64,000 nucleotides of DNA. Origin: an uncultured Candidatus Saccharibacteria bacterium. Lineage in GTDB: Bacteria > Patescibacteriota > Doudnabacteria > UBA920. Of this stretch, positions 1 through 8,817 are shown piece by piece. Every line of letters starts with the position of its first letter. Position 1 is the first letter of the stretch. Location: assembly GCA_964512925.1 (NCBI GenBank), contig CAZEKH010000005.1, forward strand, positions 4,325-68,324, given 5' to 3'. The notes under the pieces are model-generated. The model saw only the letters and a list, made by a program, of their open reading frames with translations, had not been told where the DNA came from and searched no databases. The position numbers were made by a program, and so were the translations under genes.

Positions 1-864
1 GACGCGCTGGATAAACATCCAACTGTGTTTTCCAATATTTTTGTCAGTATGGTCAGGGTCGGGGATTTGGGCGGTAATTTGGACAAAAGTTTGGAATATT
101 TAAGCATCCAGCTGCACAGGGAAGCGGACTTAAAGAGCAAAGTCAAAGGCGCGATGATTTACCCGTCAGTCATTGTCGGGGCAATGATCGTGATAGGTGT
201 TTTGATGTCAATTTTTGTTTTACCCAACTTAACTTCAGTGTTTAAAGATTTTAAAACAGATTTGCCAGCAACCACCAGGGCGGTGATGGCTTTGGCTGAC
301 TTTATGAGCGCGCACGCGGTTTTGGCGATAGGCTCGATGATTGGAACTTTTGTGGGATTTTTTTTGTTTTTGCGCACCCAGTTGGGCCAGTTGGTTTTTG
401 ACAATGTGATGCTTCGTTTTCCTATCATAAATCCCATAGTAAAAAAAGTAAATTTGGCCAGGTTTTCCCGCATCTTGGGCTCGCTTTTAAAAAGCGGCAT
501 ACCCATTGTGCAGGGTTTGGAAGTATCCGCCGATTCTTTGGGTAATGTTTTGTATAAAAATCATTGCGCCAAGGCCGCTTTAAGCGTTAAGCTGGGAAAA
601 CCATTGGCAGAAAGTTTGGGCAGTAACACTTTGCTGTTTCCAGTTTTGGTATCGCAGATGCTTCAGGTAGGAGAAGAAAGCGGCACAGTGCAGGAAATAT
701 TGGAGCAACTGGCGGTGCACTACGAAGAAGAAGTGGATACGACCCTTCGCAATATGTCTTCCATAATAGAACCTTTGCTTTTGCTGGTCATCGGCGGGGT
801 GGTGGGGATTTTAGCTATGGCTTTGATCGCGCCGATATATAACATCAGCCAGAGCATTCAATAA
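1..864 (+). CDS. pilC: type IV pilus assembly platform protein, PilC/GspF family (5'-partial; frame is open to nt 1)
   Basis: ORF 25..864 continues in-frame to the window edge; polytopic membrane protein with a GspF-like C-terminal repeat; directly followed by pilM/pilN/pilO. Confidence 0.75.
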   Translation, partial: DALDKHPTVFSNIFVSMVRVGDLGGNLDKSLEYLSIQLHREADLKSKVKGAMIYPSVIVGAMIVIGVLMSIFVLPNLTSVFKDFKTDLPATTRAVMALADFMSAHAVLAIGSMIGTFVGFFLFLRTQLGQLVFDNVMLRFPIINPIVKKVNLARFSRILGSLLKSGIPIVQGLEVSADSLGNVLYKNHCAKAALSVKLGKPLAESLGSNTLLFPVLVSQMLQVGEESGTVQEILEQLAVHYEEEVDTTLRNMSSIIEPLLLLVIGGVVGILAMALIAPIYNISQSIQ

Positions 865-885
865 ATTTTGCTATACTAAATACAT

Positions 886-1941
886 ATGCTCTCGTTTTTA
901 AAACCAAATAAAAATATTTTCGGGCTTGATATCAGTCAGGGCTCTTTAAAAATCGTTGAACTTCAAAAGTTTGGAAAAAGCGTGGGCTTGAAGAGTTTTG
1001 CCCGCGCCGAGTTTCCAAAAGGTTTGGTGATTAACGATGTTGTGACGGATAACAAAGTTTTCGCCCATATCTTGTCCCAGACAATGCAGAAACCGCAATA
1101 CGGCAAATTGGATACCAACCGCGCGGTTGTGGGGATCCCGGAGTCCAAGTCTTTTGTCAGGGTTATACAGATCCCGCTTTTGACCGATAAAGAAATTGAG
1201 AACGCGGTCTTGTTTGAAGCTGAGAATTTTATCCCTATGCCGATTGACCAGGTTTATATGGATTGGCAAAAGCTCGGCGAATCTTCCGGCAAGCTGAATA
1301 TTTTGATAATCGCAACGCCAAAAGATTTTGTTGACAAATTGCTTTCGGTTTTAGACGAATGCGGGATCGTGGTGCAAGCTTTGGAGGCTGACTCGCAAAG
1401 CGTCAGGCGTTCGGTTTTAAGCCGTGAAAATAAGGAGACTCTGCTTATAGTTGACATAGAATCCGGGTCAAGCAATTTGGTGATGGTGGAAGACGGGCAT
1501 TTACAATTTACTTCGTCGGTTCCCATTGCCGGCAATAATTTTACCGACAGCATAGCCAAATCCCTTGGCGTGTCTTTTGCCAAAGCCGAAGAGATTAAGC
1601 AAAAAGTGGGAATTGCCAATACGGCGGACTATCCCAACATACAAATAGCTCTGTTGCCGACCTTGGGGAGCCTGACTGAAGAAATAAAAGGAATTTTAAA
1701 ATTTCACCGCGAGCACTATTCGCAAAAACCGGTTTCCAGGCTGGTTTTATGCGGCGGCGGTGCGCGGCTGAAAAATCTGCCCCAATATTTTTCCGAGCAA
1801 TTTTCACAAACAGAAAACATCCGTGTCGAACTCGGTAATCCGTGGATAAATTTTCCGGAAATCAAAAATATTCCCTTGGATAATACCGAAGTTTTGGATT
1901 TTACGGGAGCTATCGGGATGGCGATGAGGAATTTTAAATAA
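886..1941 (+). CDS. pilM: type IV pilus assembly protein PilM (actin-like ATPase fold)
   Basis: 351 aa; N-terminal 'FGLDISQGSLKIVEL' and C-terminal 'LVLCGGGARL' typical of PilM; operon context. Confidence 0.8.
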   Translation: MLSFLKPNKNIFGLDISQGSLKIVELQKFGKSVGLKSFARAEFPKGLVINDVVTDNKVFAHILSQTMQKPQYGKLDTNRAVVGIPESKSFVRVIQIPLLTDKEIENAVLFEAENFIPMPIDQVYMDWQKLGESSGKLNILIIATPKDFVDKLLSVLDECGIVVQALEADSQSVRRSVLSRENKETLLIVDIESGSSNLVMVEDGHLQFTSSVPIAGNNFTDSIAKSLGVSFAKAEEIKQKVGIANTADYPNIQIALLPTLGSLTEEIKGILKFHREHYSQKPVSRLVLCGGGARLKNLPQYFSEQFSQTENIRVELGNPWINFPEIKNIPLDNTEVLDFTGAIGMAMRNFK

Positions 1942-1942
1942 T

Positions 1943-2497
1943 ATGAAAACTATCAATCTGCTGCCAAAAAACCGCCAGGAAGAGCTATTTTACGCAAACA
2001 TTCTTTATGTTTTATATCGCGTGATTTTTGTTTCGTTTTTGTGTTTTTTCGCGGTGCTGTTCAGCCAGCTGGCAACCAAAGTTTATTTATCCCGCCAGGC
2101 GGAGGATTTGAAATCGCAGATAGAATTGCTAAAGCAAAAAGCCGGAGATAGGGATATAACGGTTTTAAAACAAAAAATTCTGGAAGTCAACCAAAACATT
2201 TCCGATTATAAGACTTTGGCGACCACTTTGCCAAAATGGTCAAAGGTCATTGCCAGATTTTCCCAAATGCCTCCGGAAGGACTGCTGGTCAATTCTATGG
2301 CCATAGACGTGAACAGAAAAACCATTACCATCACTGGTTTCAGCCCAACCCGCGAGCTGGTCATTGAGCTGTTTGAAAAAATCAAAGCCGACAAAGAGTA
2401 TTTTATGGATATAAATTATCCGTTTGAAAATGTTGCAAAGGCAACCGAGGTGTCTTTCCACTTTACTTTTTCGGTAAAAGAGGAGGCTTTAAAATAA
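1943..2497 (+). CDS. pilN: PilN-like fimbrial assembly protein
   Basis: 184 aa; starts 'MKTINLLPKNRQ', single N-terminal TM, coiled coil; 1-nt spacing after pilM. Confidence 0.65.
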   Translation: MKTINLLPKNRQEELFYANILYVLYRVIFVSFLCFFAVLFSQLATKVYLSRQAEDLKSQIELLKQKAGDRDITVLKQKILEVNQNISDYKTLATTLPKWSKVIARFSQMPPEGLLVNSMAIDVNRKTITITGFSPTRELVIELFEKIKADKEYFMDINYPFENVAKATEVSFHFTFSVKEEALK

Positions 2498-3049
2498 ATG
2501 AAAAGCATATCTTCTAAAAACAAAATTTTTATTTCTTTAGGCGCGTGGCTTTTAACCTGCTTATTTTTGTTTATGATAGGTTTTAGATATCTGGAAAATT
2601 CCAATACCAGAGCCTTTGAATTTAATGGCGCGCTTTTAAAAGAAGAGCGGCAGCTGAATTTGGAGAAAGAAAGCTACGAAAAAGCCAAAAAAGATTTAAC
2701 TGAGCTGGAAAAAAGACCCATCCAGCCAGAAAACTTTTTTAGTCGCGATACCACGCTTGTCAATGAAATCAAATATTTGGAAGATTTGGGGAAAAATCTA
2801 AATTTGGATTTACAGCTGTCCGGTATCAGCGGCACAATCGGCAACGCCGCAAAATCCGTATCTCACGGCGGGCTCTTGTCTGTTCCTTATAGTATCACTG
2901 CCAAAGGCAGTTTTGCCCAGCTGGCTAAGCTGGCAGAAAATTTGGAAAATATGCCTTTTTTAACCACTATCAACGGTATGACCATATATGCCGCCGAGTT
3001 AGGCAATGTTAATATGACCATCTCGTCTAATTTTTATTTGAAAAAATAA
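2498..3049 (+). CDS. PilO-like pilus assembly protein (bitopic, coiled-coil)
   Basis: 183 aa; N-terminal TM + coiled coil; abuts pilN stop. Confidence 0.45.
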   Translation: MKSISSKNKIFISLGAWLLTCLFLFMIGFRYLENSNTRAFEFNGALLKEERQLNLEKESYEKAKKDLTELEKRPIQPENFFSRDTTLVNEIKYLEDLGKNLNLDLQLSGISGTIGNAAKSVSHGGLLSVPYSITAKGSFAQLAKLAENLENMPFLTTINGMTIYAAELGNVNMTISSNFYLKK

Positions 3050-3051
3050 AT

Positions 3052-3342
3052 ATGCCTTCAATAGTTTTAAAATTTAAAAATTTCTTTTCAACTTCCAATG
3101 GCTTGCAAAAGCAATTAAGCTTGGTGTTTGTGGCTATGCTCTTGGCTGTGATATTTTTCTGCGGTTTTAGTATTAAGAGAAGTGTGGATTTGGTGTTGAA
3201 TGTGCCAGAAGCTCCGGTAGGAAAAAAACCCGGAGTCAGGGTGGATTTTCAGGGTTATGATGCTGTCATAGACAGAATGGAAAAAGTAAAAAAATTTACT
3301 CCGAATATTAAGATAGAACGCAATCCTTTCGGCGTAAAGTAG
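3052..3342 (+). CDS. small membrane protein, last gene of the pilus cluster (PilP-like?)
   Basis: 96 aa, one TM helix; tightly packed after pilO; followed by a terminator. Confidence 0.3.
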   Translation: MPSIVLKFKNFFSTSNGLQKQLSLVFVAMLLAVIFFCGFSIKRSVDLVLNVPEAPVGKKPGVRVDFQGYDAVIDRMEKVKKFTPNIKIERNPFGVK

Positions 3343-3362
3343 GCCTAAAGCCCACTAAATTT

Positions 3363-3392
3363 CCAGCCTTGTGTTTTGGGCTGGTTTTTTTT
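3363..3392 (+). terminator. rho-independent terminator of the pil cluster
   Basis: stem CCAGCC/GGCTGG followed by T8. Confidence 0.55.
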
Positions 3393-3460
3393 ATACTAAG
3401 CATACTGATTTAGTGGTTTTTGTGATTGGAGGTTTGGCTTTTTGCCCCGCTAAATTGTAT

Positions 3461-3537
3461 GTGTCCGTAGCTCATTTGGATAGAGCGCTTGGCTTCGAAC
3501 CAAGAGGTAGTAGGTTCAAATCCTACCGGACACACCA
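3461..3537 (+). tRNA. tRNA-Arg (anticodon TCG), CCA encoded
   Basis: acceptor GTGTCCG/CGGACAC; D arm GCTC..GAGC; anticodon stem CTTGG/CCAAG with loop CTTCGAA; T arm GTAGG-TTCAAAT-CCTAC; ACCA. Confidence 0.8.
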
Positions 3538-3565
3538 TTTTAATTTTCAAATTTAGCGGGGTGAA

Positions 3566-3623
3566 GATAGAGTGTTGGTCTTCGAAACCAGTTATATAGG
3601 TTCGATTCCTACTGAGAGCGCCA
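3566..3623 (+). pseudogene. 5'-truncated tRNA-like fragment (TCG anticodon loop, T arm and ACCA present; no 5' acceptor/D-stem partner)
   Basis: TTGGT-CTTCGAA-ACCAG anticodon arm, TAGG-TTCGATT-CCTA T arm, TGAGAGC-G-CCA 3' end; upstream sequence cannot pair with the 3' acceptor strand. Confidence 0.4.
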
Positions 3624-3698
3624 TAAATTCACACAGTTGGCAGTCGTGTTGTTTTGCCTTGAATATATTTTGAATATGGGCTAAAATACTGCTATTGT

Positions 3699-3774
3699 GG
3701 GCTGGTAGCTCAGTTGGTAGAGCAGTCGGCTCTTAACCGAAAGCGCGTGGGTTCGATCCCCACCCAGCCCACCA
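3699..3774 (+). tRNA. tRNA-Lys (anticodon CTT), CCA encoded
   Basis: GGGCTGG acceptor, GCTCAGTTGGTAGAGC D arm, anticodon loop CTCTTAA, GTGGG-TTCGATC-CCCAC T arm, CCAGCCC-A-CCA. Confidence 0.85.
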
Positions 3775-3921
3775 TAAAAAAATCAGATTTGTTATTTATA
3801 GATAGAATTTTAAAGGTTTTACAAGTCAGACACCATCTGAAAAGTAAAACTTTTTTGTTTTATTTATATGATAAGTGGTGTATAATAATTTTAAAAGTAG
3901 TAAAAATTTCTAGAAAAAAAT

Positions 3922-4575
3922 ATGGATAGAGCAGAATTTTTTCAAAACAGAGTTTATGAATTACCATCCCATATCTCGCAAGCTTATTTTACTGACTTGG
4001 GAAAAAGCTATCCCTACTTACCCGGCCTAAAGCAAGAAGAACCTTCAGTTAAAGTTTATAATGAATTGAGTAGCGGGACTGATATTTTAGCTTGGAAACT
4101 TAGTGAAAACCTAAATCCTGAACATCAGGTACTTGCTATGGAAGGTCCGATAGTTGAAGTAGCGGGACCCACACCTTTGGAATTTGAATATGGAAGTACA
4201 AATGATTTTTATAGCCTTAACATAAATAGTTTAAGGCAGGGTGCCGTAGTTACAAATATTGATGCAGAAGAAGGAGTAGATGTAAGAGCAGATGCGCTGC
4301 GTATGCCTTTTCGTGAGAAATCTGTAAAAGCTCTGGTCTGTTCCAGAATTGGTTTTCAACGAAACCCAAAAAAATTTGAGCAGATGTTTAGAGAAGCCGA
4401 AAGGGTGCTTAAAGAAAAAGGCTTGTTTTTTATACAAGGGATTTATTTTGAAAATTTTAAAAAGTTGCTTCAGAAAACAAACTTACAAATTATATTATAT
4501 GAGCTTAGGATTTCCACGGATAAATATCATAAAAAAACAGTTATGAGTTCTGATGCAGTGTTCCAGAAGCAATAA
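3922..4575 (+). CDS. class I SAM-dependent methyltransferase-like protein
   Basis: 217 aa; 'VLAMEGPIVEVAGPTP' Gly-rich motif and 'ADALRMPFREKSVKALVCSRIGF' methyltransferase post-I/II-like motifs. Confidence 0.45.
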   Translation: MDRAEFFQNRVYELPSHISQAYFTDLGKSYPYLPGLKQEEPSVKVYNELSSGTDILAWKLSENLNPEHQVLAMEGPIVEVAGPTPLEFEYGSTNDFYSLNINSLRQGAVVTNIDAEEGVDVRADALRMPFREKSVKALVCSRIGFQRNPKKFEQMFREAERVLKEKGLFFIQGIYFENFKKLLQKTNLQIILYELRISTDKYHKKTVMSSDAVFQKQ

Positions 4576-4743
4576 ACTTTTATAAATTGTGACTTACCTA
4601 TTTGGCGTCATTTGGGCCTCAGAGCTTAAAAGCTTGTTAGTTTGGTTGTTTGTTTTATAAAAAACATTCCCTTCGCCGTTTGTAGGAGTCGCATCTCCCC
4701 GCCTTTGGCGGGGGAATGACAATTTAAATGCTATATTGTTTGT

Positions 4744-5715
4744 ATGCTGTATTTACTTTTAGGGTCAGATGATTTTACGAAAAAACAATATGTACATAAT
4801 TTGGCTTTAGAAAAAAAGGCTGATTTGGTTGTGTTTGAGGCAGGGGAGGAAGTATCTACCCAAAAGATGCTTGAAACGGATTTGTTTTCCAAGCCTAAGG
4901 TTTTTGTTTTGCCAGCGCTTTTAGGGGTTTTGGAAGAACAAACTTTGGAAAAACTGATTAAATCTCCAAATGTCATAGCAATAAATACTGAAAGTTTGGA
5001 CAAAAGAAAAACTGAGAACAAAAAACTGTTAGAAAGGAAAGATGTTGTTATTCAAAATTTTGTGCTGCCCCACGGTAGAGAGTTGGACGGTTGGATATTA
5101 AAACATTTTAAAGATTTAGGCGGCCATATTTCAGCCGATGGAGCGGATGAATTGGCTAAAAGGCTTGGTCGGGATGAAGCTAAAGAAACTAAAGCGGGAG
5201 GAAAAGTTATAGCTGTGGAAGAAGTTTACAGTCTTTGGCAGGCGGACAGCGAAGTGAAAAAGCTTGTAGCTTTTTGCGGGGATAAAGTTTGTACAGCCGA
5301 AGATGTAAAAAGTTTGGTTGGCTTGGATATTGAAATTGACCCGTTTCGCATCACCAATGCCCTAGCTGACGGGAAGACCGAGGAAGCTTGGGAATATCTG
5401 GAAGGTTTTTTTAAAAACCAGGGATCTAGCGACCGTAAAGCTTTGTGCATTAACCTAAACGCCCTGCTGGCAGAACAGTTTCGTAATGTCTATATGGTTC
5501 AAGGATTTTTGCAGGAAAGGACTTCTGAAGAAGAAATTTTACAGCAAACAGGCTGGAAATCGGGAAGGCTGTTTGTGATGAAAAAGATAGCTGGCAAATT
5601 TAAACCGGAAAAAGTTTTAGAAACTCTTAAAAAACTCTCAGCCCTGGATATTGAGCTAAAAACCGGCTCAATGCCGGAAAGGGTGATGCTGGACTTGATA
5701 CTTGCGCAGTTGTAG
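4744..5715 (+). CDS. holA: DNA polymerase III delta subunit
   Basis: 323 aa; N-terminus 'MLYLLLGSDDF', length and helical C-terminus match HolA. Confidence 0.7.
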   Translation: MLYLLLGSDDFTKKQYVHNLALEKKADLVVFEAGEEVSTQKMLETDLFSKPKVFVLPALLGVLEEQTLEKLIKSPNVIAINTESLDKRKTENKKLLERKDVVIQNFVLPHGRELDGWILKHFKDLGGHISADGADELAKRLGRDEAKETKAGGKVIAVEEVYSLWQADSEVKKLVAFCGDKVCTAEDVKSLVGLDIEIDPFRITNALADGKTEEAWEYLEGFFKNQGSSDRKALCINLNALLAEQFRNVYMVQGFLQERTSEEEILQQTGWKSGRLFVMKKIAGKFKPEKVLETLKKLSALDIELKTGSMPERVMLDLILAQL

Positions 5716-5753
5716 ATATATTGCACAAATTACAAATTATACAAATATTAAAC

Positions 5754-5891
5754 TGTCATCCCGGCCAAAGTTAGACGCGAGCCGGGATCCAGGGTTTGTT
5801 ACTATATTTTTGATTCGATAATCACCTTTGGTCGTTGAAATTCGTAAACCATAACCTCACCCCTAACCCCATCTCCCATATGGGAGAGGGG
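5754..5891 (+). repeat. copy A of a ~140-bp direct repeat (5' hairpin ATCCCGG/CCGGGAT, 3' palindromic element CCTCACCCCTAACC + TCTCCCATATGGGAGA)
   Basis: aligns along its length with 6449..6594. Confidence 0.7.
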
Positions 5892-5938
5892 AAAAAAGGC
5901 ATTTTGAAAGCGCGACCGTACTGTGTCGATCGCGCTGG

Positions 5939-6319
5939 TTATTTTTTGCTTAGGGTTAGGTACACTTCCCATGCCAAATTCTTGATCGTGCAAGTACTTA
6001 AATGTACCTGGATATTTTGCACCCTGAGCGCACGATATAATTGACCATACAATAGGTGGAATTTGACATAATCCATAGAAAGGATTTCGCCTAACAGCGT
6101 ATCACCGGTGAGATCGTCCCACTTTTTTCCACTTACCCGCGACACGCACTCATAAACCGCTTGAACAACCATGAACTCTGTATTTTGAGCACGCAGGTCT
6201 TTGATCGCATCGTACCAGTTTTTAAGGTCTGGTCTGCCGGGGTTTTGGACAGCAATCTGTGCGGCACGCTTAGCTTTCATTATTTCCAGTATTTCCTTTG
6301 TCGGAAGTTTTGTATCCAT
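5939..6319 (-). CDS. hypothetical protein (126 aa) carried between the direct repeats
   Basis: internal ATG of ORF 5939..6334 preceded by GGGAGGAAAAATG Shine-Dalgarno; locally higher GC than surroundings. Confidence 0.45.
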   Translation of the reverse strand: MDTKLPTKEILEIMKAKRAAQIAVQNPGRPDLKNWYDAIKDLRAQNTEFMVVQAVYECVSRVSGKKWDDLTGDTLLGEILSMDYVKFHLLYGQLYRALRVQNIQVHLSTCTIKNLAWEVYLTLSKK

Positions 6320-6448
6320 TTTTCCTCCCATCAAGTGTTCTTAGCCACTCACGGCTAGTGTGTTGCCCGGGGTTCTGCCCGGGCTCAGTACAGTAGATAA
6401 TAGATTTTATAACAAGGGGTGAAAATAGGCAAGAGAGGGTAAAATGTC

Positions 6449-6594
6449 TGTCATCCCGGAATTTTTAAGGGAAGTTAAAAATATCCGGGATCCAGGGTTT
6501 ACTAATTTATTTTTGATTCTATTATTAACTTTGGTCATTGAAATACGGAAGTTATATCCTCACTCCTAACCCCATCTCCTATATGGGAGATTGG
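6449..6594 (+). repeat. copy B of the ~140-bp direct repeat
   Basis: same order of 5' hairpin, conserved core CCGGGATCCAGGGTTT..TTTTTGATTC and 3' CCTCACTCCTAACCCCATCTCCTATATGGGAGA element. Confidence 0.7.
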
Positions 6595-6599
6595 AAAAA

Positions 6600-6630
6600 C
6601 AAAAACCCCGAACTAAATCGGGGTTTTTAA
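6600..6630. terminator. bidirectional rho-independent terminator (AAAACCCCG..CGGGGTTTT) at the 3' end of typA
   Basis: 9-bp GC stem flanked by A-run and T-run. Confidence 0.55.
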
Positions 6631-6636
6631 GTAACA

Positions 6637-8472
6637 TTATCTCGCAGCTCTTTTCCTTTGATTCGGGTCCAGGATTTTTTTGCGGATTCTTATAGACAGG
6701 GGAGTTACTTCCATTAGTTCGTCCGGACCTATATACTCCATCGCAAAGTCCATAGTGACTGGCTTATGCGGGGTTAAGATGATGGCATCGTCTGCGCCTG
6801 AAGATCTCATATTGGTAAGTTTTTTGGTTTTGCAGACATTTAGTTCTATATCTTCGCTTAAAGCGTTTTGCCCGACTACCATACCCTGGTAAACTTCCAC
6901 GGCAGGACCTATAAACAAAGTTCCGCGTTCCTGGGCATTGTTAAGACCGTAAGCGTTCGATGTTCCGCTTTCTGAGGCTATGAGCGATCCGTGGTCGTTG
7001 GCGTGTTCGTCTATCTGGTGAGCTGGTTTGTAGCTGTCAAATAAATTATTCAAAATTACTGTGCCGCGGGTGCGGGTGAGCATCAGGTTTTTAAGGCCAA
7101 TCAGTCCGCGGGTGGGGATCAGATATTCTGCGTGGATTTCTCCGGAAGGAGTGGTTTCCATAGTCTGCAGTTCTCCGCCTCTTTTACCCATTTCTTCTAT
7201 CATCACGCCTTGGTACTCGCTGGGCACATCCACTGTGGCTATTTCATATGGCTCCATCCGCACCCCATTTTCTTCGTGGTAAATAACCTGGGGCTGGGAA
7301 ACCTGGAGTTCAAAGCCTTCACGGCGCATCTGTTCTATAAGAACCGCTAAATGTAGTTCTCCTCGGCCGGAAACTAAAAAGCTTTCCGCGCCTTCGGGCG
7401 ACGGGTCAACTTTCATAGCCACATTGGTTTCCAGCTCCTTGTCCAAGCGGTCGCGGATGTTTCTGGAAGTGACAAACTTTCCTTCGCGGCCCGCAAACGG
7501 GGAAGTGTTTACGCCGAAAGTCATCTTGATGGTAGGCGGCTCTATTTCCACCGGCGGCATAGAAACCGGGTTTTGGATGTCGGTTAAGGTGTCGCCGATA
7601 TGGATGTCGTCAAACCCGCCTATAGAGACAATGTCGCCGGCCACCGCTTCGTCCGCATCCACTTTTTTTAAGCCTTCGTACATCTGGAGGGCGGAAATTT
7701 TACCAGTGGTTTTTTCGCCGTTTGGCTTAACTTGGAGGATATTTTGCGCCTTGCTGATTTTGCCGGAAAATATTTTGCCTATACCCATCCTGCCTTTGTA
7801 GTTGTCGTAAGCCAGAGCTAAGACTTGCAAAGCAAACGGTTTGTCAGTCTCGGCAAAAGGCGCGGGGATGTATTTGATGATAGTTTCAAATAGTGGAGAG
7901 ATGTCAGGGGCAGCAGAATTTTTTATCTTCGCCAACAGGCTTTCCAAATTCAAGTCAGCCAAGCCTTTTACTCCGCTGGCGTAGATGATAGGGAAGTCGG
8001 TCTGTTCGTCATTGGCATTCAGCTTTACGAAGAGGTCAAAAGTTTTATTGATGGTTTCGTCAGGGTTTGAGCCTTCTTTGTCCACTTTGTTTATGACCAC
8101 TATGGCTTTCAGTCCCAGCTGTAAAGCTTTTTTTAAGACGAACTTTGTTTGAGGCATCGGACCTTCTTTGGCGTCAACCAAAAGAAGGACTCCGTCTGCC
8201 ATTTTCAAAGTCCTTTCCACTTCGCCGCCAAAGTCCGCGTGTCCCGGGGTGTCTACAATATTGATCTTTACCCCTTTATACACCAAAGATGCGTTTTTGG
8301 CCTTGATAGTGATCCCGCGTTCTCTTTCCAGATCCATACTGTCCATTATCAAATCCGCGGTGTCGTCATTTTTGACAGTCTGGGTTTGTTTCAGCATAGC
8401 GTCCACCAAAGTGGTTTTGCCGTGGTCAACGTGGGCAATGATGGCGATGTTTCTGATGTTGTCTCTTTTCAT
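6637..8472 (-). CDS. typA: translational GTPase TypA/BipA
   Basis: 611 aa; '[16 protein letters not shown]' G1, DTPGHADF G3, NKVD G4; EF-G-like domain order. Confidence 0.9.
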   Translation of the reverse strand: MKRDNIRNIAIIAHVDHGKTTLVDAMLKQTQTVKNDDTADLIMDSMDLERERGITIKAKNASLVYKGVKINIVDTPGHADFGGEVERTLKMADGVLLLVDAKEGPMPQTKFVLKKALQLGLKAIVVINKVDKEGSNPDETINKTFDLFVKLNANDEQTDFPIIYASGVKGLADLNLESLLAKIKNSAAPDISPLFETIIKYIPAPFAETDKPFALQVLALAYDNYKGRMGIGKIFSGKISKAQNILQVKPNGEKTTGKISALQMYEGLKKVDADEAVAGDIVSIGGFDDIHIGDTLTDIQNPVSMPPVEIEPPTIKMTFGVNTSPFAGREGKFVTSRNIRDRLDKELETNVAMKVDPSPEGAESFLVSGRGELHLAVLIEQMRREGFELQVSQPQVIYHEENGVRMEPYEIATVDVPSEYQGVMIEEMGKRGGELQTMETTPSGEIHAEYLIPTRGLIGLKNLMLTRTRGTVILNNLFDSYKPAHQIDEHANDHGSLIASESGTSNAYGLNNAQERGTLFIGPAVEVYQGMVVGQNALSEDIELNVCKTKKLTNMRSSGADDAIILTPHKPVTMDFAMEYIGPDELMEVTPLSIRIRKKILDPNQRKRAAR

Positions 8473-8490
8473 AGTTTTTCAATATAGTTT

Positions 8491-8528
8491 CCCTCCCCAA
8501 GAGTTGGGGAGGGTCAAGGGAGAGGTTG
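8491..8528. repeat. GC-rich nested palindromic element (CCCTCCCCAAGAGTTGGGGAGGG + TCAAGGGAGAGGTTG)
   Basis: perfect 8-bp inner inverted repeat; same family as 5855, 31889, 32284, 59848. Confidence 0.7.
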
Positions 8529-8728
8529 AATTAAAATTCAAATTTACGAATTAAACAAATTTGCAAATGGTTACAAATATTGAGATTAAAACAATAATAA
8601 TTATTTGTAATCATCTGTAAATTTGTCCACATTTGTATATTTGACCAATTTGTAACAATCAAAAACCCCCGCCTTTGGGGGCAAACTTCCATAATCTTAA
8701 GACATTTTTGGCAAAAAGTCAAATATTT

Positions 8729-8748
8729 TGGTATAATTTTGGTATAAT
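8729..8748 (+). promoter_or_regulatory. tandem extended -10 boxes (TGGTATAAT x2) in the typA / AI-2E divergent intergenic region
   Basis: ttTGGTATAATtttGGTATAATaa. Confidence 0.3.
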
Positions 8749-8817
8749 AAAAATGGATTAAAAGTAAAATTTACATTTTTATAGAATTTTATTATTGAAA
8801 TTAGACCTTGTATTTTT

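Noticed and set aside
3566-3623. Second functional tRNA-Arg
   Set aside because: No 5' acceptor strand or D stem can be formed, so it is treated as a truncated tRNA-like fragment.
3714-3929. 71-aa ORF
   Set aside because: Overlaps tRNA-Lys.
5754-6594. Integron cassette with attC sites
   Set aside because: Only one repeat copy has a GTTRRRY-like core. No integrase or array is visible in the window, so the call is kept as a generic repeat-flanked insertion.
8491-8513. Element arm acting as SD for typA
   Set aside because: GGGAGGG lies ~18 nt from the ATG, which is too far for canonical SD spacing.
6680-8554. Plus-strand ORFs inside and overlapping typA (6680.., 7061.., 7132.., 7424.., 8149.., 8168..)
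   Set aside because: They are antisense to the typA GTPase. 8168..8554 merely reads through the palindromic element.
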